Shown here one piece after another: positions 17,370 to 25,862 of a stretch of DNA of 25,862 nt. The DNA comes from a virus (lineage: Duplodnaviria > Heunggongvirae > Uroviricota > Caudoviricetes), in IMG/VR virus record IMGVR_UViG_2908572912_000005, positions 1 through 25,862 of that record, one strand, 5' to 3'. Below the pieces are notes generated by a model. That model was not told the origin of the DNA, searched no databases, and saw nothing but the letters and a program-made list of their open reading frames with translations. A program made the translations under genes and the position numbers. Position 1 is the stretch's first letter, and every line of letters begins with the position of its first letter.

Positions 17370-17620
17370 GAATCAACTCCCATCAGCTTTTTCGTAGTAG
17401 TTTTATTTCTGCCAATAGTTAAAATTGCATCGGCAGAAAATAATCCGTTTGATGCATGAGCGATTTTTTCAGCGTAATTTGTTTCGCCGGTATATTCTGT
17501 GCGAGGCAATTTTCCGTTATCCATCCATTTGTAGATTGCTCTTTGGCTGACACCACAAACGTCGGCCACAACAGAAACGCGAACAGTTTTGATTACATCT
17601 TCAAGTGTTTTCTGGTTCAT
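17366..17620 (-). CDS. Cro/YdaS-like helix-turn-helix regulator
   Basis: 84 aa from the ATG at 17620 with GAGGA Shine-Dalgarno; HTH-like segment VADVCGVSQRAIYKWM; divergent from the CI-like repressor gene. Confidence 0.7.
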   Translation of the reverse strand: MNQKTLEDVIKTVRVSVVADVCGVSQRAIYKWMDNGKLPRTEYTGETNYAEKIAHASNGLFSADAILTIGRNKTTTKKLMGVDS

Positions 17621-17640
17621 ATCATCCTCACAATGTGAAC

Positions 17641-17699
17641 TTTGAGTACATGCTATAACAGAACTGACAGTACATTCAAGAGCGAATATCATTGAACTT
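17641..17699. promoter_or_regulatory. Immunity-switch intergenic region (OR-like) with two AGTACAT motifs and candidate divergent promoters
   Basis: AGTACAT at 17645-17651 and 17669-17675. Leftward candidate promoter: -35 TTGAAT (17675-17670), -10 TATAGC (17652-17647). Rightward candidate: -35 CTGACA (17665-17670), 17-nt spacer, -10 TATCAT (17688-17693), which would place the transcript start at or near the repressor ATG at 17700 (leaderless). Confidence 0.4.
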
Positions 17700-18119
17700 A
17701 TGGTTCATGAAGATAAAGCGCGTAAAGAGTTCGCCAGTAGGCTTGCGCTAGCCTGTGAAAACGCTGGTTATGAACAACATGGAAGGCAGGCAGAAATTGC
17801 CCGTCGAATGAAATTAACACCAAAAGCGGTTAGCAAATGGTTTAATGGTGAAACAATTCCTCGCCGAGAGAAATTAAGGGAATTAGCAACACTCATTGGA
17901 ACAACACCAACCTATCTTTTGGGAGAGGATACAGAAGAAAGTGGACAGATACGTTTCTATCAGGAGTTAAATCCAAGACAAAAAATCATCATTGACCTTC
18001 TGGACGAGCTCCCTGACAGTGAGACAGATGAACTTTTAAAAACTCTTGAGGAGAAAAAACAGAAGTACAATGCAATTTACGAAGAGTTAGCACGAAAGAA
18101 AAAACAAAAAGCCTCTTAA
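17700..18119 (+). CDS. CI-type (XRE-family HTH) prophage repressor, RacR-like by position
   Basis: 139 aa; HTH segment RQAEIARRMKLTPKAVSKWFNGE; divergent from the cro-like gene; no Shine-Dalgarno before the ATG. Confidence 0.7.
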   Translation: MVHEDKARKEFASRLALACENAGYEQHGRQAEIARRMKLTPKAVSKWFNGETIPRREKLRELATLIGTTPTYLLGEDTEESGQIRFYQELNPRQKIIIDLLDELPDSETDELLKTLEEKKQKYNAIYEELARKKKQKAS

Positions 18120-18191
18120 ATCAGCATAAATCCGGTAGCGTCCCCCTCCGGGTTTGTGCTTCACTTTATCCCGTCTCATTTTTTTATACAT

Positions 18192-18241
18192 AAAATGTAC
18201 TTAAAGTACTTTACAATGATGAACACAAAGTACATTATATA
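18192..18241 (+). promoter_or_regulatory. OL/pL-like operator-promoter region: palindromes sharing the (A)GTACA(T) core, overlapping a candidate promoter
   Basis: ATGTACTT (18195-18202), perfect 10-bp palindrome AAAGTACTTT (18203-18212) and AAAGTACATT (18227-18236); candidate -35 TTACAA (18211-18216) and -10 near 18234-18241, oriented toward the plus-strand early-left genes. Confidence 0.4.
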
Positions 18242-18406
18242 CCTACCAACCCACCCCGCCCCACAGAACGCAGGGCAATACTTCGAGTTACCAGGCAGTG
18301 GTAAGGGGTTAAGTAGCCAGCCCGAGGCGTATGAACATGACGGCGGGATTCAAATTTTGCAGTGCAGCAGTTAGTTCCGCCACCCGGCGTTAAGGGGAGA
18401 GATAAG

Positions 18407-18541
18407 ATGGTGCATTACGAAGTAGTTCAGTATTTGATGGATTGTTGCGGTATCACTTACAACCAGGCTGTGCAGGCTTTACGCAGCAACGACTGGGATC
18501 TCTGGCAGGCAGAAGTCGCTATACGTAGCAACAAGATGTGA
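18407..18541 (+). CDS. ydaG: Small protein YdaG-like (44 aa)
   Basis: ATG at 18407 with AAGGGGAGAG upstream; length and position (between repressor and ydaF/sieB) match Rac ydaG. Confidence 0.5.
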   Translation: MVHYEVVQYLMDCCGITYNQAVQALRSNDWDLWQAEVAIRSNKM

Positions 18542-18551
18542 GATTCGCAAA

Positions 18552-18707
18552 ATGCAAAAAATCGACCTCGGCAACAACGAATCCCTGGTGTGCGGCGTGT
18601 TCCCCAACCAGGATGGAACGTTCACTGCCATGACGTATACCAAAAGCAAAACATTTAAAACCGAAACTGGTGCGCGCCGATGGTTGGAGAAGCACACAGT
18701 AAGCTAA
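18552..18707 (+). CDS. ydaF: Small protein YdaF-like (51 aa)
   Basis: ATG at 18552; length and position adjacent to sieB match Rac ydaF; 3' end overlaps the sieB 3' end convergently. Confidence 0.5.
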   Translation: MQKIDLGNNESLVCGVFPNQDGTFTAMTYTKSKTFKTETGARRWLEKHTVS

Positions 18708-19192
18708 CGATTAAAACGTCTACTCCTGCTGTTCCAGAATAACTTCATAAAATGGGAGTATTTTTCGGTGACGAGATAATAAGAACAGTTTGCGCTATCA
18801 CTCTGATGTTGAATGATGCCCTTCCGTTCTAATTTTTTCATAACCGGGTTACGGCAAGGAGAAGTGATAATAAGATTTCCTGTTTTAAGGAAATCTTTAA
18901 ATACAGCGATTTCTTTCTCAGATAAACGAAGCAATACTCGTTGCTCTGGTAGTAATGAATAATGCTTTTGAATATGTGCTCGCAATCTTGAGAAGGAAAT
19001 GGCGACCACGAAAGAAAAGGCAAAAACGATAATCTGAAAGAGCCAAGGTATTTCAGTATAAGCATTGAATGCGACAGTAAACTCTTTCGGTATCAGCCAG
19101 AGAGTGAGACCAAAAATGATAATCGTATACATAAGTCTTTCGAGTGGCTCGTTAGCAAAAAGTTTCAACAATGGAGTAAATACATCCAACAT
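18704..19192 (-). CDS. sieB: Superinfection exclusion protein SieB
   Basis: 162 aa from the ATG at 19192 (MLDVFTPLLKLFANEPLERLMYTIIIFGL...), membrane segments; matches SieB as I recall it. The longer ORF track form starts upstream at 19315. Confidence 0.85.
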   Translation of the reverse strand: MLDVFTPLLKLFANEPLERLMYTIIIFGLTLWLIPKEFTVAFNAYTEIPWLFQIIVFAFSFVVAISFSRLRAHIQKHYSLLPEQRVLLRLSEKEIAVFKDFLKTGNLIITSPCRNPVMKKLERKGIIQHQSDSANCSYYLVTEKYSHFMKLFWNSRSRRFNR

Positions 19193-19410
19193 ATCAATAA
19201 CTCTCAACTGTAAGGGTATTGAAATGTTAACACAAGCTCTCGCTGTAGGGGTATAGCCGAGACCACCGAAGCCCGGAGGTGGTGAAATAAAACCGGGCAC
19301 AACACGAAGGCGCATTTCCGATATCCATAAAGAGTCGGTCTTGTCTGTTAAATTTAAATGGTGGGAGTGCGCCTCCGGTTGTAAATAACGACATTGCTGT
19401 GTGTAGTCCT

Positions 19411-19461
19411 GGCGGCATCAGTTTTTTCTTGAAGTTCGGCTGATGTCCGCCCTTTTTTAAG
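19411..19461 (+). terminator. Terminator-like imperfect hairpin with T-tract in the sieB-kilR intergenic region
   Basis: GGCGGCATCAG ... CTGATGTCCGCC (one bulge) followed by CTTTTTTAAG on the plus strand. Confidence 0.35.
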
Positions 19462-19632
19462 TGAATTTTGTGATGCGGTGAATGCGGCTAAGCGCACGTG
19501 GCACAGTTAAAAGTCATGTTAGTCCTTATTGGTTTGGGTGGGAAAGCCGACTGTAATTGTTAACTGGTTGCAGTCACCTGGAGGCACCAGGCACCGCATC
19601 AACAAAGTTCATTTGTAAAAATGGAGATAATT

Positions 19633-19854
19633 ATGATTGCACATCACTTCGGAACTGATGAAATACCACGTCAGTGTGTGACTCCTGGCGATTATGTTCT
19701 TCATGAAGGCCGGACATATATTGCCTCGGCAAACAATATTAAAAAGCGAAAACTATATATTCGTAACCTGACCACAAAAACATGCATTACTGACCGCATG
19801 ATTAAAGTCTTCCTCGGTCGTGATGGTTTACCTGTAAAGGCGGAGTCATGGTGA
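19633..19854 (+). CDS. kilR: Cell-division inhibitor KilR
   Basis: 73 aa [32 protein letters not shown]...; GGAGA Shine-Dalgarno. Confidence 0.85.
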   Translation: MIAHHFGTDEIPRQCVTPGDYVLHEGRTYIASANNIKKRKLYIRNLTTKTCITDRMIKVFLGRDGLPVKAESW

Positions 19855-20024
19855 TGACTAAGAAAATAAAATGTGCTTACCACCTTTGCAAAAAAGACGT
19901 TGAAGAAAGCAAAGCTATTGAAAGAATGCTTCACTTCATGCACGGGATTTTATCAAAAGACGAACCGAGAAAATATTGCAGTGAAGCTTGTGCCGAAAAA
20001 GACCAGATGGCACATGAACTTTAA
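19854..20024 (+). CDS. ydaE: YdaE-like small Cys-rich protein (56 aa)
   Basis: ATG at 19854 overlapping the kilR stop; product [19 protein letters not shown]...CSEACAEKDQMAHEL. Shorter than the 60-aa cutoff of the ORF track, so found by direct translation. Confidence 0.7.
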   Translation: MTKKIKCAYHLCKKDVEESKAIERMLHFMHGILSKDEPRKYCSEACAEKDQMAHEL

Positions 20025-20098
20025 TTAATTGACTATTCGAAACTGAATTTATGCCAGAAATGGCAGGTATTCGCTCAACCTTAATTAAGGAGAAAAAC

Positions 20099-20374
20099 AT
20101 GATTACCAATTATGAAGCCACTGTTGTAACTACCGATGACATTGTTCACGAGGTGAATCTGGAAGGAAAGCGCATTGGCTACGTAATTAAAACAGAAAAT
20201 AAAGAAACCCCATTCACTGTGGTTGATATCGATGGTCCATCAGGCAACGTAAAAACACTTGATGAAGGTGTCAAAAAAATGTGCCTGGTGCATATCGGAA
20301 AGAATCTGCCCGCAGAAAAAAAAGCCGAATTTCTGGCAACTCTAATTGCAATGAAATTAAAAGGTGAAATCTGA
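20099..20374 (+). CDS. racC: RacC protein
   Basis: 91 aa MITNYEATVVTTDDIVHEVNLEGKRIGYVIK...; AAGGAG Shine-Dalgarno. Confidence 0.8.
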   Translation: MITNYEATVVTTDDIVHEVNLEGKRIGYVIKTENKETPFTVVDIDGPSGNVKTLDEGVKKMCLVHIGKNLPAEKKAEFLATLIAMKLKGEI

Positions 20375-20475
20375 AAGAAATAGCCTGCGTATGGCGCAGG
20401 CTATGAACAGTGTGTATCCGGCAAGATCATTCACTGAACAAAACGAATTTTAATCTGAGTTGAGGTTAAAAAACA

Positions 20476-23076
20476 ATGAGCACAAAACCACTCTTCCTGT
20501 TACGGAAAGCGAAAAAATCATCCGGTGAACCTGACGTCGTCCTGTGGGCAAGCAACGATTTTGAATCGACCTGTGCCACTCTGGACTACCTGATCGTTAA
20601 GTCAGGTAAAAAACTGAGCAGCTATTTTAAAGCTGTTGCCACGAATTTTCCTGTCGTTAATGACCTGCCCGCTGAAGGTGAGATCGATTTTACCTGGAGT
20701 GAACGCTATCAACTCAGCAAAGACTCCATGACATGGGAACTAAAACCGGGAGCAGCACCAGACAACGCTCACTATCAAGGCAATACCAACGTCAACGGCG
20801 AAGACATGACTGAGATTGAGGAGAATATGCTACTCCCAATTTCTGGCCAGGAACTGCCCATTCGTTGGCTTGCTCAACACGGCAGCGAAAAACCGGTAAC
20901 GCACGTTTCACGCGACGGACTCCAGGCATTACACATTGCTCGGGCTGAAGAACTACCGGCTGTTACTGCCCTGGCTGTTTCCCACAAAACCAGCCTGCTC
21001 GACCCGCTGGAAATTCGCGAACTCCACAAACTGGTTCGTGACACTGACAAAGTTTTCCCTAATCCTGGTAATTCAAACCTGGGACTGATAACTGCTTTTT
21101 TCGAAGCATACCTGAACGCTGACTACACCGATCGAGGACTGCTGACAAAAGAGTGGATGAAGGGTAATCGTGTTTCACACATCACTCGCACGGCTTCCGG
21201 TGCTAATGCTGGCGGCGGAAACCTCACCGATCGCGGCGAAGGTTTCGTACACGATCTGACGTCACTGGCGCGCGACGTAGCCACTGGCGTACTGGCCCGT
21301 TCAATGGATCTGGACATCTATAACCTTCATCCGGCACACGCTAAACGCATTGAGGAAATTATCGCTGAAAATAAACCGCCCTTTTCTGTTTTCCGCGACA
21401 AATTCATCACCATGCCTGGCGGGCTGGATTATTCCCGCGCCATCGTGGTTGCGTCCGTAAAAGAAGCACCAATTGGGATCGAGGTCATCCCCGCGCACGT
21501 CACTGAATATCTGAACAAAGTACTGACTGAAACCGATCATGCCAACCCTGATCCGGAAATCGTGGATATTGCCTGCGGTCGCTCCTCTGCCCCGATGCCG
21601 CAGCGAGTAACAGAAGAAGGAAAACAGGATGATGAAGAAAAACCGCAACCATCTGGAACAACGGCAGTTGAACAGGGAGAGGCTGAAACAATGGAACCGG
21701 ACGCAACTGAACATCATCAGGACACGCAGCCGCTGGATGCTCAGTCACAGGTAAATTCTGTTGATGCGAAATATCAGGAACTGCGGGCAGAACTCCATGA
21801 AGCCCGGAAAAACATTCCATCAAAAAATCCTGTCGATGCCGATAAATTGCTTGCTGCATCACGTGGTGAATTTGTTGACGGAATTAGCGACCCGAACGAT
21901 CCGAAATGGGTAAAGGGGATCCAGACTCGCGATTGTGTGTACCAGAACCAGCCAGAAACGGAAAAAACCAGCCCAGATATGAATCAACCTGAGCCAGTAG
22001 TGCAACAGGAACCGGAAATAGCCTGCAATGCCTGCGGCCAGACTGGCGGGGATAACTGCCCTGACTGTGGTGCGGTGATGGGCGACGCAACATACCAGGA
22101 AACATTCGATGAAGAGAGTCAGGTTGAAGCTAAGGAAAATGATCCGGAGGAAATGGAAGGCGCTGAACATCCGCACAATGAGAATGCTGGCAGCGATCCG
22201 CATCGCGATTGCAGTGATGAAACTGGCGAAGTCGCAGATCCCGTAATCGTAGAAGACATAGAGCCAGGTATTTATTACGGAATTTCGAATGAGAATTACC
22301 ACGCGGGTCCCGGTATCAGTAAGTCTCAGCTCGATGACATTGCTGATACTCCGGCACTATATTTGTGGCGTAAAAATGCCCCCGTGGACACCACAAAGAC
22401 AAAAACGCTCGATTTAGGAACTGCTTTTCACTGCCGGGTACTTGAACCGGAAGAATTCAGTAACCGCTTTATCGTAGCACCTGAATTTAACCGCCGTACA
22501 AACGCCGGAAAAGAAGAAGAGAAAGCGTTTCTGATGGAATGCGCAAGCACAGGAAAAACGGTTATCACTGCGGAAGAAGGCCGGAAAATTGAACTCATGT
22601 ATCAAAGCGTTATGGCTTTGCCGCTGGGGCAATGGCTTGTTGAAAGCGCCGGACACGCTGAATCATCAATTTACTGGGAAGATCCTGAAACAGGAATTTT
22701 GTGTCGGTGCCGTCCGGACAAAATTATCCCTGAATTTCACTGGATCATGGACGTGAAAACTACGGCGGATATTCAACGATTCAAAACCGCTTATTACGAC
22801 TACCGCTATCACGTTCAGGATGCATTCTACAGTGACGGTTATGAAGCACAGTTTGGAGTGCAGCCAACTTTCGTTTTTCTGGTTGCCAGCACAACTATTG
22901 AATGCGGACGTTATCCGGTTGAAATTTTCATGATGGGCGAAGAAGCAAAACTGGCAGGTCAACAGGAATATCACCGCAATCTGCGAACCCTGTCTGACTG
23001 CCTGAATACCGATGAATGGCCAGCTATTAAGACATTATCACTGCCCCGCTGGGCTAAGGAATATGCAAATGACTAA
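20476..23076 (+). CDS. recE: Exodeoxyribonuclease VIII (RecE)
   Basis: 866 aa, matches Rac RecE as I recall it ([29 protein letters not shown]...), including the acidic/Pro-rich central linker and C-terminal nuclease domain. Confidence 0.95.
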   Translation: MSTKPLFLLRKAKKSSGEPDVVLWASNDFESTCATLDYLIVKSGKKLSSYFKAVATNFPVVNDLPAEGEIDFTWSERYQLSKDSMTWELKPGAAPDNAHYQGNTNVNGEDMTEIEENMLLPISGQELPIRWLAQHGSEKPVTHVSRDGLQALHIARAEELPAVTALAVSHKTSLLDPLEIRELHKLVRDTDKVFPNPGNSNLGLITAFFEAYLNADYTDRGLLTKEWMKGNRVSHITRTASGANAGGGNLTDRGEGFVHDLTSLARDVATGVLARSMDLDIYNLHPAHAKRIEEIIAENKPPFSVFRDKFITMPGGLDYSRAIVVASVKEAPIGIEVIPAHVTEYLNKVLTETDHANPDPEIVDIACGRSSAPMPQRVTEEGKQDDEEKPQPSGTTAVEQGEAETMEPDATEHHQDTQPLDAQSQVNSVDAKYQELRAELHEARKNIPSKNPVDADKLLAASRGEFVDGISDPNDPKWVKGIQTRDCVYQNQPETEKTSPDMNQPEPVVQQEPEIACNACGQTGGDNCPDCGAVMGDATYQETFDEESQVEAKENDPEEMEGAEHPHNENAGSDPHRDCSDETGEVADPVIVEDIEPGIYYGISNENYHAGPGISKSQLDDIADTPALYLWRKNAPVDTTKTKTLDLGTAFHCRVLEPEEFSNRFIVAPEFNRRTNAGKEEEKAFLMECASTGKTVITAEEGRKIELMYQSVMALPLGQWLVESAGHAESSIYWEDPETGILCRCRPDKIIPEFHWIMDVKTTADIQRFKTAYYDYRYHVQDAFYSDGYEAQFGVQPTFVFLVASTTIECGRYPVEIFMMGEEAKLAGQQEYHRNLRTLSDCLNTDEWPAIKTLSLPRWAKEYAND

Positions 23077-23878
23077 GCAACCACCAATCGCAAAAGCCGA
23101 TCTGCAAAAAACTCAGGGAAACCGTGCACCAGCAGCAGTTAAAAATAGCGACGTGATTAGTTTTATTAACCAGCCATCAATGAAAGAGCAACTGGCAGCA
23201 GCTCTTCCACGCCATATGACGGCTGAACGTATGATCCGTATCGCCACCACAGAAATTCGTAAAGTTCCGGCGTTAGGAAACTGTGACACTATGAGTTTTG
23301 TCAGTGCGATCGTACAGTGTTCACAGCTCGGACTTGAGCCAGGTAGCGCCCTCGGTCATGCATATTTACTGCCTTTTGGTAATAAAAACGAAAAGAGCGG
23401 TAAAAAGAACGTTCAGCTAATCATTGGCTATCGCGGCATGATTGATCTGGCTCGCCGTTCTGGTCAAATCGCCAGCCTGTCAGCCCGTGTTGTCCGTGAA
23501 GGTGACGAGTTTAGCTTCGAATTTGGCCTTGATGAAAAGTTAATACACCGCCCGGGAGAAAACGAAGATGCCCCGGTTACCCACGTCTATGCTGTCGCAA
23601 GACTGAAAGACGGAGGTACTCAGTTTGAAGTTATGACGCGCAAACAGATTGAGCTGGTGCGCAGCCTGAGTAAAGCTGGTAATAACGGGCCGTGGGTAAC
23701 TCACTGGGAAGAAATGGCAAAGAAAACGGCTATTCGTCGCCTGTTCAAATATCTGCCCGTATCAATTGAGATCCAGCGTGCAGTATCAATGGATGAAAAG
23801 GAACCACTGACAATCGATCCTGCAGATTCCTCTGTATTAACCGGGGAATACAGTGTAATCGATAATTCAGAGGAATAA
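23069..23878 (+). CDS. recT: Single-strand annealing protein RecT
   Basis: 269 aa from the ATG at 23069 ([28 protein letters not shown]...); overlaps the recE stop. Confidence 0.95.
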   Translation: MTKQPPIAKADLQKTQGNRAPAAVKNSDVISFINQPSMKEQLAAALPRHMTAERMIRIATTEIRKVPALGNCDTMSFVSAIVQCSQLGLEPGSALGHAYLLPFGNKNEKSGKKNVQLIIGYRGMIDLARRSGQIASLSARVVREGDEFSFEFGLDEKLIHRPGENEDAPVTHVYAVARLKDGGTQFEVMTRKQIELVRSLSKAGNNGPWVTHWEEMAKKTAIRRLFKYLPVSIEIQRAVSMDEKEPLTIDPADSSVLTGEYSVIDNSEE

Positions 23879-23886
23879 TTCAGCCT

Positions 23887-23905
23887 GGCGGTGTAATGCA
23901 CCGCC
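23887..23905 (+). terminator. Hairpin with downstream T-run between recT and ralR (possible attenuator or terminator)
   Basis: 7-bp perfect stem GGCGGTG / CACCGCC with 5-nt loop, followed within 10 nt by TTTTTT. Confidence 0.35.
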
Positions 23906-23934
23906 AACTTGAAATATTTTTTATGAGAAAAATT

Positions 23935-24129
23935 ATGAGATATGACAATGTTAAACCATGTCCATTTTGTGGTTGTCCATCAGTAACGGTGAAAGCCATT
24001 TCAGGATATTACCGAGCGAAGTGTAACGGATGCGAATCCCGAACCGGTTATGGTGGAAGTGAAAAAGAAGCACTCGAAAGATGGAATAAACGAACCACTG
24101 GAAATAATAATGGAGGTGTTCATGTATAA
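23935..24129 (+). CDS. ralR: Restriction alleviation protein / endodeoxyribonuclease toxin RalR (Lar)
   Basis: 64 aa MRYDNVKPCPFCGCPSVTVKAISGYYRAKCNGCESRTGYGG... Confidence 0.85.
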   Translation: MRYDNVKPCPFCGCPSVTVKAISGYYRAKCNGCESRTGYGGSEKEALERWNKRTTGNNNGGVHV

Positions 24130-24331
24130 AATTACCGCCACTATTGAAAAGGAAGGTGGCACTCCTACTAACTGGACAAGATATTCAAAATCTAAACTAA
24201 CGAAATCAGAATGCGAAAAAATGCTCTCAGGTAAAAAAGAAGCAGGCGTTTCCAGAGAGCAGAAAGTAAAACTGATAAATTTTAATTGCGAGAAACTTCA
24301 GTCCTCGAGAATTGCATTGTATTCAAATTAA
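24122..24331 (+). CDS. ydaC: YdaC-like protein (69 aa)
   Basis: ATG at 24122 (MYKITATIEKEGGTPTNWTRYSK...); overlaps the ralR 3' end. Confidence 0.7.
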   Translation: MYKITATIEKEGGTPTNWTRYSKSKLTKSECEKMLSGKKEAGVSREQKVKLINFNCEKLQSSRIALYSN

Positions 24332-24409
24332 AACTTCATAGCTGATTATTAATAATCAACATCGGGCGTCAATTTCAGTCTAACATTGGCGCCTGCCAGA
24401 GGTGATGCG

Positions 24410-24625
24410 ATGGCACAAGTAATCTTTAATGAAGAGTGGATGGTTGAATACGGCCTGATGCTTCGCACTGGTCTGGGGGCCAGACAAATTGAAGCATACC
24501 GCCAGAACTGTTGGGTGGAGGGCTTCCACTTCAAACGAGTATCTCCTTTAGGTAAGCCAGACAGCAAACGAGGGATTATCTGGTACAACTATCCAAAGAT
24601 AAATCAGTTTATCAAAGACTCATGA
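24410..24625 (+). CDS. xisR: Excisionase (YdaQ/XisR-like)
   Basis: 71 aa [43 protein letters not shown]...; AGAGGTGA Shine-Dalgarno; stop is one nt before the integrase start. Confidence 0.8.
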   Translation: MAQVIFNEEWMVEYGLMLRTGLGARQIEAYRQNCWVEGFHFKRVSPLGKPDSKRGIIWYNYPKINQFIKDS

Positions 24626-24626
24626 T

Positions 24627-25862
24627 ATGTCTAAATTACCAACAGGTGTCGAGATTAGAGGTAGATACATTCGCATCTGGTTCATGTTTCGAGGAAAACG
24701 ATGTCGGGAAACATTAAAAGGCTGGGAGATTACAAACAGTAATATTAAAAAGGCCGGAAATTTAAGAGCGCTGATAGTTCATGAAATAAACTCCGGTGAA
24801 TTTGAGTATTTAAGACGTTTTCCCCAGTCCAGCACTGGGGCAAAAATGGTGACAACGAGAGTCATAAAAACGTTCGGAGAGCTTTGTGATATCTGGACAA
24901 AAATTAAAGAGACAGAGTTAACAACAAACACAATGAAGAAAACGAAATCACAATTAAAAACACTCAGAATAATAATTTGTGAAAGTACCCCGATATCACA
25001 TATTCGTTATAGCGATATCTTAAACTACCGGAATGAACTGCTGCATGGAGAAACGCTTTACCTGGATAATCCAAGATCCAACAAAAAAGGAAGAACCGTG
25101 CGCACAGTTGATAACTATATCGCCCTGCTCTGTTCGCTGTTGCGTTTTGCGTATCAGTCGGGATTTATATCAACCAAACCATTTGAAGGAGTAAAAAAAT
25201 TACAGCGAAACAGAATAAAGCCTGATCCGTTATCTAAAACAGAATTCAATGCATTAATGGAAAGTGAAAAAGGACAGAGCCAGAACTTGTGGAAATTTGC
25301 CGTTTACTCAGGACTTCGTCACGGGGAACTGGCAGCTCTGGCGTGGGAGGATGTGGATCTCGAAAAGGGAATAGTGAATGTCAGAAGAAACCTGACGATA
25401 CTTGATATGTTCGGTCCCCCAAAAACAAATGCCGGGATCCGAACAGTAACACTACTGCAGCCTGCTCTTGAAGCACTGAAGGAGCAATACAAACTGACCG
25501 GGCATCATCGCAAAAGCGAAATCACCTTTTATCATCGGGAGTACGGCAGAACCGAAAAGCAAAAACTGCATTTTGTTTTCATGCCCAGGGTGTGTAACGG
25601 AAAACAAAAACCTTATTACTCGGTAAGCAGTTTGGGGGCAAGGTGGAATGCAGCAGTAAAACGTGCTGGTATTCGCCGCCGTAATCCGTACCATACGCGG
25701 CATACTTTTGCCTGCTGGCTGTTGACGGCAGGAGCGAACCCGGCATTTATAGCCAGCCAAATGGGGCATGAAACTGCGCAGATGGTGTATGAAATTTACG
25801 GTATGTGGATTGATGACATGAACGACGAACAGATAGCCATGTTGAATGCGCGGTTATCGTAG
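24627..25862 (+). CDS. intR: Tyrosine-type site-specific integrase (IntR)
   Basis: 411 aa; C-terminal catalytic region with R...HTRHTFACWLL...Y (YGMW) motifs. The stop codon is the last three bases of the window, so attL/attR and the host junction are not visible. Confidence 0.9.
   Translation: MSKLPTGVEIRGRYIRIWFMFRGKRCRETLKGWEITNSNIKKAGNLRALIVHEINSGEFEYLRRFPQSSTGAKMVTTRVIKTFGELCDIWTKIKETELTTNTMKKTKSQLKTLRIIICESTPISHIRYSDILNYRNELLHGETLYLDNPRSNKKGRTVRTVDNYIALLCSLLRFAYQSGFISTKPFEGVKKLQRNRIKPDPLSKTEFNALMESEKGQSQNLWKFAVYSGLRHGELAALAWEDVDLEKGIVNVRRNLTILDMFGPPKTNAGIRTVTLLQPALEALKEQYKLTGHHRKSEITFYHREYGRTEKQKLHFVFMPRVCNGKQKPYYSVSSLGARWNAAVKRAGIRRRNPYHTRHTFACWLLTAGANPAFIASQMGHETAQMVYEIYGMWIDDMNDEQIAMLNARLS

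Noticed and set aside
18156-18374. 72-aa plus-strand ORF between the repressor gene and ydaG
   Set aside because: It overlaps the palindromic operator/promoter region and the presumed early-left leader, and has no ribosome-binding site; more likely regulatory DNA than coding.
18479-18697. 72-aa minus-strand ORF opposite ydaF/ydaG
   Set aside because: Antisense to two small genes whose lengths and order match Rac ydaG and ydaF; no ribosome-binding site.
20386-20409. GC-rich hairpin (AGCCTGCG-N-CGCAGGCT) between racC and recE
   Set aside because: Not followed by a T-tract, so not called a terminator; could be an RNA processing site or REP-like element, but the evidence is insufficient.
21123-22974. 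Multiple minus-strand ORFs (64-147 aa) inside recE
   Set aside because: They lie antisense within a confidently identified, full-length recE gene, have no convincing ribosome-binding sites, and several are low-complexity readings of the acidic/Pro-rich linker; treated as chance ORFs.
1-25862. Scan for CRISPR arrays, tRNA or rRNA genes, and insertion-sequence ends
   Set aside because: No regularly spaced direct repeats with unique spacers, no cloverleaf-compatible tRNA-like segments, and no transposase ORFs or terminal inverted repeats were seen. The only repeat sets are the short dyad elements reported as features.

Overview
This window reads as a Rac-type defective lambdoid prophage of Escherichia coli, in inverted orientation relative to the K-12 map, recognised from protein sequences I recall rather than from any search. 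From right to left: integrase and excisionase, the early-left operon (ydaC, ralR/lar, recT, recE, racC, ydaE, kilR, with sieB opposed), a CI/Cro-type immunity switch, replication genes (ydaT-, ydaU-, DnaC-like) and a DUF1627-like gene. Next comes an AT-rich insert encoding an overlapping AAA+ ATPase and S8 subtilisin-like peptidase pair, closed by a 13-bp-stem bidirectional terminator. This pair is the strongest candidate for an accessory anti-phage system; its architecture resembles what I recall of the IetAS class, which I cannot verify here. Leftward follow a frameshifted nin-region gene, YbcO-like and Q-like genes, a terminator-flanked membrane-protein moron, a lambda-like lysis cassette (holin, R, Rz/Rz1), trkG, a ParB-like gene, and an N-terminally truncated tail fibre fused out of frame to the preceding gene. 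Head and tail genes are absent. No CRISPR array, rRNA or tRNA was found. All coordinates were derived by hand from the sequence and ORF track.
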